A stretch of DNA of 64,000 nt from Oikopleura dioica (taxonomy: Eukaryota > Animalia > Chordata): the NCBI GenBank assembly GCA_907165135.1, contig OU015568.1, positions 12,028,001 to 12,092,000 of the forward strand, in the 5' to 3' direction. Under the pieces are notes generated by a model. The model was not told the origin of the DNA and ran no database searches. It worked only from the letters and a program-made list of their open reading frames with translations. Shown here piece by piece: positions 13,898-26,100 of the stretch (its first letter is position 1; each line of letters begins with the position of its first letter). The position numbers and the translations under genes are program-made.

Positions 13898-14199
13898 ACA
13901 GAACAAAATCACCATTTAGATGATGAAAACTATCATTTCTTACCTGCGTTCCATTTTTTTCCTGCTTGACTTTTATGACGTGTAAATTTTTACTGAAACA
14001 TGAAAAATTAAAATAAAAAAGTAAAAATTACAAAAAGAAAAATCTATTTCAATTGATCGAGAGCGAGGATATAAAGCTCAATTTTCTAAAAACGAGTGTT
14101 CGACAAGCTTTGGCGGCGGTTGTTTGGAACAATTAGCGCACAAAATTGCTGTTTGATTTCGGCGGATGTTAGTTTTAAGACTTTCTTATGGCCTGGTAG

Positions 14200-17100
14200 A
14201 TGGAAGAGTATCATGTTATCGTTAGAGATCTTGCCGAGAAGTTGGAAAAGGAAGATGATCGTCTTTTCAGGTGCTTCGGGCAGCTGGGGATTCATATTTA
14301 CGGTTTTAGAACGCCGAATAAATTTTGGCAAGAGGACAAGGCCTTCTTTTTCATGACGAGGGAAAATCCGGTTAGAAAGCTTTTCTTGGCAATTTCAAGC
14401 AATAAAATATTTGATAATATCATCTTAGGTAAGCCAATACCGTCATATTTTTTAATAACAAGTCCTAGTTGCCATCATTGCAAACTGCCTTCAATTAGGA
14501 AGAGTTCAATGAATTGTTCGATTCATTTTTTATGAGTCCCTGTTCTTTGACCTTTGAAAAAGCAAGTTATGAGCACCTTCCGAATGGTGACCGCGGTGAG
14601 CTTTCAGATTTCCTTGACGCGACGGAAATTTACTTCCTGTGGATTTTCATTGTTGAAATGGTTGTCAAAATTATGGCACTTGGTTTTTGCCTGCATAAGA
14701 ATTCTTACTTGACGAATGGCTGGAACATCATGGATTTTGTGGTTGTTTCTACTGGTATTCTGGGTAAGAGGCAAATATTTAATTTACGAAAGGCTTCGTT
14801 AGTACCAAAAATATCGGTAAACAGATTTCGTTCTATGAAAGAACCTGTATCTTTTCCGATTATCTGGTTCAAAATCAAAGAACTACCGGTGTAAAAGGAA
14901 GGTCCTACCGAGATTCGAACTCGGATTGGTGGATTCAAAGTCCACAGTGATAGCCATTACACCATAGGACCACGGAGGTGGCGCTGCTCAAAAGCACTAT
15001 TGTATACTAACCTAAGAGCCTCAGCGCGCACTGCACAGTTGTCTCTGTTTCAAACTCTGATTTAGACATGTATGGCGAGGTTTTATTTAAACTGCTTGGA
15101 CTTGATCCATCATTACTGTCAAAGATGAAATTGCTGAAAATGGGGCGAGTTTTCCGCCCGCTGAAAATGATCTCTAACTCTCCTTCTTTACAAGCTTAGG
15201 TTCCTCAAAGTTTCAATAAAACAGGAAAATTAGGCTTCTGAACCTCGAATAAAGTCGTTATGTCTGCAATTCTTAAAGCTCTAGGACCCATTTTCAACAT
15301 TTTCATTCTCCTCGTCTTCTTCATCGTCGTTTTCGCCATCGTTGGCGTCGAGTTCTACGCCGGAGGATACCACTCTCACTGTGTCAGGAAGGCTTTGAAA
15401 TCATTTTCAATTATCTGATCAAATTATTTTTCAATCCGAAAAGTGCTGAAGGCGAGATTTACGGTGAGAACCAACTCTGTGTCGGCAACGTGAACACAAC
15501 AAACGGAGTCTCGTGGTCTGCCCGTGCTCCTTACACATGTCCACCGGAGGTAAGAGTAATTTTACACATGTAAAATGCACCATCAAGGAATTCACTTTTC
15601 TTGGGAGCGCCTTTTCCGGTAAAAAAATTTTTTAGTTTTCCTGCGAAATCGATGAAACGGGCCCGTTCGACGGGATTATTAACTTTGACGATGTGCTGTT
15701 TGGAATGCTTGTAAGTTGACTTTCTAAAATCAAACGGGAGGACGTGAGCTTCGAGATAAACGCAAGCTGAAAACTTGAAGCCTAGCACTCGGAGATAAGG
15801 AAAATCCTGGTCGCACTTGAGGCTTTTAAAATAAATTTTTTTAAAAAGAAAAGTTTTGTTTCATAATTTTTCTGACTTACCAGGTCGTTTCAGACGGTTT
15901 TTCAAATTCTGACGATGGAATCGTGGACAGCAATTCTCTACTTGTCGAACGACGGAACAACGAACGGAAATGCTCTCAACTCTATAATCTTCGTCTTAAT
16001 GGTAGTGATCGGCGCTCTCTTCATGCTCAATCTGGTAATTGGAGTTCTAAGTGGCGAGTTTTCGAAGGAAAGGGAGCGCGTCGAAAAGCGCAACGCGTAT
16101 TTGGCTATGAGGGAAGATAAGGATGTCAACTCAGGAAAACGCGGTTTTCAGAGTCATAATTTTCCTTGATATTTTACTGCAAAAACCGACTCTTAAGCGA
16201 TGAATGGTTATTTGAGGTGGATACAAGAGGGGGAAGCAATAATGAAAGCTGAAGAAGAAGCTGAAGTTCTTCAAACTCGACTTAGTCTTCGCGCAAGGCG
16301 CCGAGCTACCGCGCTACCAGCTGGCTTTGGAATTCCTGGAGAAGAAGAAGAAGAAGAAGCGGAAGAAGAAGTTTTAGATGAAATAGATGATGAGGAGCCC
16401 GAAGAATCTTGGGGAAGTAAGATTCAGCGTGGAGTAGAAGCGTTTAGGCGAGGATCGTAAAATTGCTTGTTCTAGAGCGGCTCTAGTAGAGCCGAGTTTG
16501 TTTACTCTTGCAAAAATGTGGATTAAAATGCCTGTAGGATCGGTCTCATTCTCGGATTATAGGCTATAATTTATATAATAATATATAATATAATAATAAT
16601 ATAATAATATATATTTAATTTATAGCGTTTAAAAGTCGTAAAAAGTTTCCTTTTTCAGATCCTCTTGTTAGGGCACAAATAAGAGCCCTAGTCAGGACAC
16701 AATTCTGGTTCTGGCTCATCTTATCCCTTGTTTTGATCAATACATTGCTAAGATGTTCCATTCACTACAAGTATGTTTTAAAAACGCATTGATTCTTCAC
16801 ACTTCTAAATTTAGCATGCCTACCTGGTACGACAATTTACTCTCAAAGCTGGAAATAACTTTTTTGGTGTTTTTCACCGTGGAACTTTTGCTCAAATGGT
16901 TTGGCCTTGGATCAGAGGTTTACTTTCAATCATATTTCAATATTTTCGACCTGATTGTTATTGCTTTATCTTGGTTGTATTATATTATAAAGGCTTTTTT
17001 CCCGGAGTTTTCTCTCGGAATTAGTATTTTAAGAGCTCTTAGGCTTCTCAAAGGATGAGTTCACTATTTAGTTTAGCAATATCAAACGCACATTTGCGTG

Positions 17101-20100
17101 ATGATTGTCTATTAAGATATTATCTCCAATAAACCCTAAGGAACTCTCTGATAGCCTTCAAAGTCACCTCAGGAACGGGAATTACGATGCGTGAATCAAT
17201 ACTTAATCCTGCAATGCAAAGAAATAAGACACAAGCAAACTCACTTTCTAAAATTGAAGAGTTTAGTAAGTAAGTTTTTTGGGAAAAATAAAAAGAATTA
17301 TTCAGAATTTATTGAATGAACAGTGACTTGAACTGACCCAGCACTTTGGCTAAAGCCAGAGTAGTAATCTTCGCTCATCATCTTTAGGAGATGACGAACG
17401 AGTAAAGGCACAAGCCATAAAGCCTTGTGATTCAGTCGACTCTGGTTGTCAGAGTTTTCAGTATCCATTTCCCCTTACTGGATCAGGGTTTCTGAAAATG
17501 TAGATATAAAAATCAATAATTTATCTGAAAAACTTACAGGAGAGAAGAAGGCGACGGACCGTGTTGCTAGCATAGTGGTTCGGTGCTAACTGATGTTTTT
17601 AAGATTTTCGCGCAGAATAAGGGATGCGTTCTAGAGAGGGTCTAGAAAACATCACGCGATCGTAATTGTCAGTGATTCTTATCAGCGCTTAATTTTTATT
17701 TTTTATCAACAACAACACACTAGAAACGCTCATCATTAGTATGCAGCAATCTGATTCCTCTGTGAAAGTATGGAAAGACCTGTCAAACTTGGTTATCTCT
17801 CTGATGAGCTCCGTTAAATCGATTCTTGCTCTGATATTTTTGTTGTTTCTGATGCTCATGGTCTTTGCCTTGCTAGGAATGCAACTTTTTGGCGGTCGAT
17901 CTAACTTTCCCGATGGAATTCCAAACCAGAATTATGACCGCTTTTTCCCCGCTTTTCTAACTGTCTTCCAAGTACTTACTGGTGAGGACTGGGTTTCGAT
18001 TATGCACACTACTATCAATGGTATGGGTGGAGTCGATGGTGGAGGGTTCATTTATTCTGTCTATTACGTAATTGTCACTTTGATCGGTAACTTTGTACTG
18101 CTCAACGTCTTCCTTGCCATCGCTGTCGACAATCTTGCCAATGCCGCTGAACTGAGTGAAGATGAGGAGGAAGTAGAAGAAGCGCGGAAAAGTAACATAA
18201 ATCGCGAGCTGGACCCGATAATCGGCGAAGATGATAGCAACGGAGAAGAGGCTGAGGCGAAGCTTCCACCGCTAATTGACGACTCTTCACTGTTCATTTT
18301 CGAGAAAACGAATCCGATCCGCGTGGCCTGCACGAAGGTCAACTCAAGCCCACTCTTCATCAACTTCATCTTGGTGATCATCGGCCTCAGCAGCCTTGCC
18401 CTAGCCGCTGATGATCCGATCGCAACAAATCCAGATTTGGTTACAGTACTCTACTACGCAGACTTGATTTTCACATGCGTTTTTATTTTTGAAACGATCG
18501 TGAAAATTATAGCGCTTGGTTTTATTTTGCATCCCGGCTCATTTATGCGGTCTATTTGGAATGTTTTGGACATTATTGTTGTGGTAGGCGCAATTCTCGG
18601 CCTCGTTCTTGTCGGTGAGCCGCCAGGGAGAGACTGCGATGATGAGCTAACTCTCTTCCTCGAACCGAATTGCAAAAATGAAGAGCAGGAGAAAGTCGAA
18701 GACGGATCAGATCTGGGCTTTATCAAGACTCTCCGTGTGTTTCGCGTACTTCGGCCGTTAAAATCTGTTCAACGCCTTCCAAAGCTGCAAGCAGTTTTCA
18801 ATGGCTTCATTACGTCGATTGTCAATGTCGCACCAATTTTATCTATTTATGGACTCTTTATGCTCATCTTTTCTGTAGTTGGAATGGAGCTCTTTGGTGG
18901 CAAATTTTTCTCTTGCTCGGATCCAACAAAAATGACTGAAGCAGAATGTACAGGACACAGTATCGATGAAGTCGACAGTCTTGGCCATCCGATTAGCATT
19001 TCTGAAAATGAATGGCTCCAGCACGACTTTCACTTTGACGACTTTCCCAACGCCTTTTTGTCGCTCTACGTGTTCTCAACCGGCGCGAGCTGGCCTGATG
19101 GGCTGTGGAACTCGATAGAAACCACAAAAGTTGACCGCGGACCTGTAAAGTACAGCCGCATGGATTACGCCATATTTTATGTGGTTTTTATAATCGTCTT
19201 TCCCTTCTTTTTCGTCAACGTTTTCATCGCTTTTGTTATTCTAACGTTTCAATCTGAAGGAGATGATCAGCTTGCGGAGCAGGAAAGGGGCACAATCGTA
19301 GTTGGGATTTATTCTTTTACAATTCAAAAGAAGCCCTCGAAAAGTGTTCTCTCGAAAAAACCGTAATTCAATGCATTGACTATGCTATCAACGCAAAGCC
19401 AATAAGCAAGTATATGCCAAAGAATAAAAAGTCGTATCAGTTCATTATTTGGAAAATCGTCACCAATGAATATTTCGACAACTTTATCCTTCTACTTATT
19501 ATTCTCAATACAGTAACGTTGATGATAAAACATTACTCGATGTCAATCGAGTTTGAATTCATGCTGTCTGTGACCAATGTTTGCTTTACCACGCTGTTTT
19601 CAATTGAATGTACGATGAAAATTTTTGGCTTCGGGCCGTTGAACTACTTTTCTGACGCTTGGAACTTGTTTGATTTCGTTACGGTTGTCGGCTCTTTGCT
19701 CGACACTTCTCTGGTATTTCTCCTCCCGGAAGATTCCAACGTTAACCTCGCGATTTTGCGACTTTTCCGCGCTGCCCGTTTACTGAAGCTTCTGAGACAA
19801 AGTGAAAATATCAGAATTCTGCTTTGGACCTTCATGCAATCTCTCAAGTCATTACCTTATGTGTGCTTACTTATCTTTCTTTTATTCTTTATCTATTCAA
19901 TTGTCGGAATTCAAATGTTTGGCAACATCAAATTGGATGAAGAGTCAGATATTAATTACCGGAACAACTTTCAAAACTTTGGCATGGCTATGTTACTTCT
20001 CTTCAGAGTTTCAACTGGAGACGGGTGGCAAGGAATCATGCTCAGTTGCATTGATGCAGAATGCGATCCAGCGACGCTGAAAGCCGGGTCGACGAAACGA

Positions 20101-21382
20101 TGTGGGAGTAAAGTTGCGATTCCCTTCTTTACGACTTTCATTTTTTTAGGTAAATTTCCTTGAGAGCTCATCACTTAGCCGCGCTCAAGTTTCAAGTTAT
20201 TTATCTTCGTTTTCAGGCTCGTTTATCATGCTAAATCTCTTCGTGGCTGTCATCATGGATCAGTTTGAGTTTCTAACCAAAGACTCATCAGTGCTAGGGC
20301 CTCATCATTTAGACAAATTCGCTGCGGCTTGGTCAGACTACGACCCTCACGCAACGTGGAAGTGCAAGTACACCGACGTGCAAAAGATACTCACGCGACT
20401 TCATCCGCCGCTAGGAATGGGAGATAACGCGCCGCAAAGATTGGTCTATAAGCGTCTTATAGACATGGATTGCCCACTAGATGAGGATGGAAAGGTGCAC
20501 TTTACGACAGTTCTTATTGCCATGATACGCTGCAGTCTGGATGTCTATCAGATTTCTAAAGAAGACTCTGATTATGCAACTTTCAAGGATAAGTTAAAAC
20601 TTGACGCTGAGTTTCGGGAGCAGGTGGAAAAGCAATGGTGTCAACTTTCGAAGTCGAGAATCGACGAAATTATACCTCCGGAGAACTCGAGGAATTTAAA
20701 AACTCTGACTTTGGGAAAGATCTATGGAATATTATTAATGTTTGAGCATTGGCAGGTTTATGAAGATAGAAGGGACATGATAAGAAGGACGAAGTTTGAA
20801 ATGAACAAGAAGAAGGAGATTCAAGATATGATCCAGCGCCTAAAAATGTACGAAGCGAGAGAAAAATTGGCGAATAGAGGGATTGAACTGCCAGTGATAC
20901 TCCCCAAAAAAGAAGAAAAAATTCAACCTTCTTTGGCGATTTTAACGATGTCAAAAGAAGAAGTCTCCGACAAGTATATTTTGGAAGATAACTTCTCCAG
21001 ACCTGAGATTGATCAGGAAGTAGAGCAAACTCAACGAAGATCGATGCCACGAATATATGTTCAAGGGTCGATAGATCAAGGAAATGGTCAAAAATGTTGG
21101 AATAAAGCGTCGTTAAGCATAATAAGACCATGTAAAACAGCCGAAGTAACATCGGAAGAAACAATGGAAGATGAAAAACTGAGTGAGCAGTCCTTTTTTC
21201 CAATTCCGAAACCAAGGCTCACTAAAACTCTATCTGTGCCTATTCCAAAGCCTCGACTATCGACATATTCTTCTTTTGTCGACTACAGAACCTCGATTGC
21301 AGATTCCTGCAGTCTCCCATCAATGAATTTTTCCGAGAGTGAGGATGACCACGACTGCTTTGAGACTGAATTACCTCTCTAA
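14200..21382 (+). CDS. Cav2: Voltage-gated calcium channel alpha-1 subunit, Cav2 (non-L-type)-like, four domains, many short introns
   Basis: Four 6-TM repeats with S4 segments ([13 protein letters not shown]; [12 protein letters not shown]; [14 protein letters not shown]; [14 protein letters not shown]). Cav2-type [11 protein letters not shown] loop, AID-like MNGYLRWI, C-terminal EF-hand region [21 protein letters not shown]. Start codon approximate. Confidence 0.92.
14900..14971 (-). tRNA. trnQ-TTG: tRNA-Gln (anticodon TTG)
   Basis: Reverse complement GGTCCTATGGTGTAATGGCTATCACTGTGGACTTTGAATCCACCAATCCGAGTTCGAATCTCGGTAGGACCT: cloverleaf, anticodon arm GTGGA-CTTTGAA-TCCAC, TTCGAA T-loop. Lies in a Cav intron. 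Confidence 0.95.
16570..16624. repeat. AT-only low-complexity (TAA/TATAA)n tract in a Cav intron
   Basis: ttatataataatatataatataataataatataataatatatatttaatttata. Confidence 0.7.
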
Positions 21383-21484
21383 ATAAACATGCCCAGCTTT
21401 TTTCAAACATTTTTTGAATTTGCTGTTTTTTATTTACTTTGTCATGAAAGTGAAAAAATGCTGGTCAGTATAGTTTGTGGGAAA

Positions 21485-22826
21485 TTATTTGACGATGGCG
21501 AGGAGCATATCTTTGTAGTCGCCGCAGCAGTCTCCGTCGATATCGTCAGCCAAGGAGGAGCCAAAAGATTCCTCGTACTTTTCTTTAATGGTCTGGAGTC
21601 CCCACTAAAATATCTTTTAGAAACAAAAGTTTTTGGGGGAGCTTATCGAACCTCAGAAGTGAAGATAATAGCGCGCTGGAGTGCGTCATCGTCAGTTCCA
21701 AGACCCTTGAGGGCTTTGTGGGCATTGCGGGCAAAGTAGTAAGCGGGATCCAAGGCCATTCGGACGATGGATTTGTAAGCTCGCTTTAGGTCTCCGTTCA
21801 CTTCGTTTTCAATGGCACCTAGGAGATCGTAGTCCTCAGAAATCTAAAAGGAAAGAATGTAAATAAAGAAGTCTCAAAAAAGTTCAAAGGCCCATGAGAA
21901 CATTCGCGTTTGCTAAGTTCAAGAGAGATCATAATTTATTTTTATGATCTGGTAAATTTGCATATCGATTTGAAGTGTCCGCAGAGCGGACGTGTGTGAT
22001 GTTTTTACAATTTCAAAAATTTACCTCCTGATATTTGGCGTTGATGAGTCGGATTTGCATCCAGGATCGACGAGCGCAGATTCGAGTGAAGACGGATTCG
22101 TCAGTGAAGAACCATCTGTCTTCTCCGGCCTAAATAAGAATTTGATTAAAGCATTTTTAAACGGAAATTACATCAAAGAGCTCTTGAGCATCCTCAGCAG
22201 CCTGGTCCTCGTCGATAGCATCAAGGCCTTCTTCTCGGGCGCAGCAAAGAATAGCAATCATGAATCGCTCGAACTCTCGTCGGCAGTTGTCCTGGATATC
22301 ATCCATAAGAGCATTTCCATATCGCTCTTCGTAAACTTCCTTGAGCTCCTCAAGGTAGCCGTTGGGTCGAGCACAGAGGATTTCGCAGATGACATCATCA
22401 TCTGATGAGCCGATGCCCTTCATGGCCTGGTTGAGGCATCGAGCATCATATTGTTTTGGAGTCAAGAGCATTCCTGAAAGGATTTGATATCAACGAGGAA
22501 TACGCCGCGTCGCTCTTACCCTTGATGACGTGTCGAAGTCGATCTCGTCGAACTCGTGAATCAACTCGATCGTAGAGGGACTCGCCGAAGAGAGACATGA
22601 ACTGCTCCTGGATCTCTTGTCGCTGAGCGTTCGATCTGTTCGGTAGAATATCATTGACCACGTCGTCATCTATCCTTCCTCTGCCGATGGCATCTTCAAG
22701 GGCAACGGCATCGGCTTCCGCGTCGAAGTCTTCGGCTTCAGTGCAAGTTCCTTCGAAGCCAGGGAGAAGCTCCTGGATGACGTCAATAACGTGCTCAATA
22801 AGAAGAATACCAAGAATAGCTCCCAT
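21485..22826 (-). CDS. Annexin (four repeats, multi-exon), acidic, N-terminal MG
   Basis: Repeat motifs MKGIGSSDDDVICEILCAR, GEDRWFTDESVF and LKGLGTDDDAL, with C-terminus DCCGDYKDMLLAIVK* (stop at 21485-21487). Convergent with the Cav gene. Confidence 0.92.
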
Positions 22827-23174
22827 TTTTACGTGTTACTTCTCTCTCGTTTATAGAAGTGGCGTGAGAAGCGCAAATGCCGGCGATTTTTATTACAAAG
22901 AGCGCGAGTTAATAATTTGCTCGATGATCATGCTTGAAATTTATAGCATTTGCATACGCTGAATCATGACCGGTTTACTAAATATTTAACTGGCGTGCGT
23001 GCTCTGCGTCTTGAGAGATAAATTAGTCTCGGTAAACGGAAGAATGCAAACTTGGCGATGCTTAGTCAACTTCAGACTAGTCATGCCCTTGTGATGTGCA
23101 TTCCAAGTGTTTATTAAATAATTAGATTTATATATTTCAAAAATAGATACAGTGAAAATGACGATACAGAAAAT

Positions 23175-26100
23175 TTACTTTTTGAAGAAGCTTTCCGACG
23201 GAGTGATCTTATCGCCCTTGTACATGATGTGCGAGGAACCGCTCGTCTTCGAGTTACTGTAGCTGACATCGACTTGCTGATCAAAGATGTGGTACGCTCT
23301 CTCATGGCCTTGTTCCATGAAGTAGCTCTCAGCATTGAAGCGTTCCTCCCTCGAGACTTTGATCCCATCAATGTTTTCGATGCTTGGCACGTGCCAAATC
23401 AGACAAGGACGGTGAAGCATTCTTCGCGAGACACCATTTCCAATCATTGAAATTTCTTTGAGATGCGTCAGAGGTCGAAGTTTGGTGATTTCTTCAACTT
23501 CCGCGATTCTGTTAACGCCGAGGTACAGTCTCTTGAGATTGACTAGCGCGCGCAGATGGTTCAGATCAGAAACGCGGTTGGAGTCCATGTGAAGCTCTTC
23601 CAGTCGCCACATTGATTGAAAGCTCGTCTGGTCAATGTTTTTGATTCGATTCTTGTCCAGCACCAAATGTCTCAAGTTTGAGCAGCCGTCTAATCCGTCA
23701 ACTTTCATGATATCGTTCGATTCCAAGAAAAGCGATCGCAAGGAAGGAAACCTGTGAAGCTGCAAGAGCGTCATGTCTTTGATCTTATTCGAGCCCAAAT
23801 GAAGAACTTCCAGACTCGGCATTATGCTTTCTGTTTCTTTGATCAAGTAGGAGTCAGCTTTGGATTGACCGGCTTGACTGTACTGAGAACGGGTCATCTG
23901 ATTGCGCTGCTGCTTCGTTAGTGGGAAGACGGACTCAATGTTGTTTTTGCTCAGACAAAGCGTTTTCAACAACTTGAGTTCGACCAGACCAGAGAAGTGG
24001 ACAAGCTGATTTCCGATCAAGTTTAAAGATGTCAAACTGATGAGCTGGGAGACATCCAGGTGAACTGATCGAATCTCGCATTCTTGAAGGTCCAGATCAT
24101 CGATCTCTTTCAAATTCACTGTCGCTTGCCCATTTATGTAGCCAAATTTTTCGATCAAGAAATCATTTGTCAATCGTCCGCCAAAGATATCCGATGCTCT
24201 CGCGATGTCTTTGAGCCGAACAGGTAGCCCATTGAGCGACTTGAGCTGCTGAAGATGGAACAGTATAAACAAGTTACAATCTTCCTTCGATGACAGCGGA
24301 TTTCCTTCAATGTCCAGAACTTCTAGCTTCTCACAGATTTTCAAGTGCGCCAACTCGTTCGCATCGCCAAGTTTGTTATGGGACAAATAGATTTCAATGA
24401 CGTTTGTGAGATTTCGGAAAGATTTGATCGAAGTAAGACGATTTCCACTGGCGTTGATTGATTTCAATGCTTGAAGAGTTGACTCGACATTGATGTCCTC
24501 TACTGAATTGAATGAAATGTCGAGATCTTGAATGAACGGAAGATTATTGAGAATCTTGTTGATTGACGAGATCTCGTTGTTCCCAAGATCAATCTGACGC
24601 AATTTCGTGCAAGAAAGAAGAACTGAGACATCTGATATTTTGTTGTCGCGCGCTGAGAGAAACTTTAAGTTCGCGAGATTCCGAAGCATTGAAATGTTAA
24701 CTAAGCCCAGTTCGTCTATACATAGCGAGGTGATCTTCGTTCCAATATTTTCTGGGTGTCCGAAATCTCTCAAGAACCTTGCTGCATTCGCCAGATCTGC
24801 GTAACTATTCATTTCACCGCTTCTTCCCAGGCGCTGGACCATTTCAGAGGAGAGGATGAGCTTCTGTGCCGCGGCTCTATTCTCTGAAGTGATTCTCTTT
24901 CCATTGAAAATGCTCAGCTGCGTGAGTTTAGTGAGCGCATGCACAAGAATCGCATCGTCGTAAGTTATCGCGTTCCAGTCGAGTGAAAGAGATTCTAAGC
25001 ACGGCGTCTTCTTTCTCAGATGATTGATAAGAGATGCATACTGGCGAAGGCGATTCCAGCTCAGGTCAAGCATCGTTACATTTTTCAGCTCAGGAAGATC
25101 CACGGAAGTGATTTCGTTTACAGAGAGGTTCAAGCTTCGCAAATGTCGTAAGTTTCTGATGCTCTTTCCAATGCTCGTCAATTTGTTGCACGCTAGATTG
25201 AGTACATGTAGATTCGGCACAGTGGTCAAGTTCGGTAACTCCGACAAGTTTAATCCGACCAGGGACAGATCAGTAAGCGCAGACGTCTCGAATGGAATAA
25301 GCTCAAGTATCGTTGGAGCATTGTCCAGTGTTATTGGAGCGCAGCTCAACGCGGACAGGTCTTTATCTTCGTCCTGGAGTGTTCTGACGGGTGTCTCGGC
25401 GTACGTTTGCTTCTCTGCTTCTGTCAGTGGTATTGATTTGATTAAATGTGACTGAATATTTTGGTAAGCACCGGCGTAACTGATGATTATATTACCTGGT
25501 TAACATACTCAATATCGATGAGATACTCTGGACATAAATAGTTGGAGTCAAAGAGCGTAAATTTTCTCCCGCTTTTCGTATCTTCATAGACCGAGTCGCT
25601 GTGTGAAAAATGCCTTGGATTGACTTTTTCGTTTGTAGAAGTTGTCATTGGAGTGCTCTTGCCCATATAAGCGCGGCAAACGATGAGTTGTGCGGTCGAG
25701 ATGGCTTCTGATTTATTGTAGTTTTTATGAAAGCGGACATCAGCGTCGAATGGTGAAGTGCAGAGAACAAGGTTGTCTTTTGAGCAGCCGTTCTCAATGA
25801 GTTCGGTGGTCTTTTCGATGTCGCTCGGATCAGATTGGACGAAGGCGTAAGTCTAAATTAGTGTGATTATTTTTTCTCATTATGTTGGATATTTTACCTG
25901 AGGAATGACAAACTGAGAAGTCTCATTGACCTCATCAAGCTCTTCATCAAAAGCAAGCCTCTTTGGCCGATGGAAAATTTTCGTGATTCTATTCAGCTTG
26001 AAGTTTTCAACGCCCAAAGCTGACTTTCTTTTATCCATGCGTACTTCGCTCACTGTTTTAGTCAGAAGATTTTCCATCTGATTCCAAATTTGTTTGACCT

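Noticed and set aside
17565-17590. U3 snoRNA-like AGCACCGAA-CCAC motif on the minus strand
   Set aside because: The resemblance is only about 12 nt. U3 box A/A' and the 3' structure are absent.
14200-21382. Classifying the channel as Nav, NALCN or Cav3 because of the odd filter
   Set aside because: The AID-like motif, HLPxGD loop, III-IV linker ([13 protein letters not shown]) and EF-hand C-terminus are of the high-voltage-activated Cav2 type.
18064-25455. Long antisense ORFs over Cav, annexin and LRRC9 (for example 18064-18381, 20670-21215, 21992-22405, 25024-25455)
   Set aside because: These are shadow ORFs arising from codon bias of the real genes on the opposite strand.
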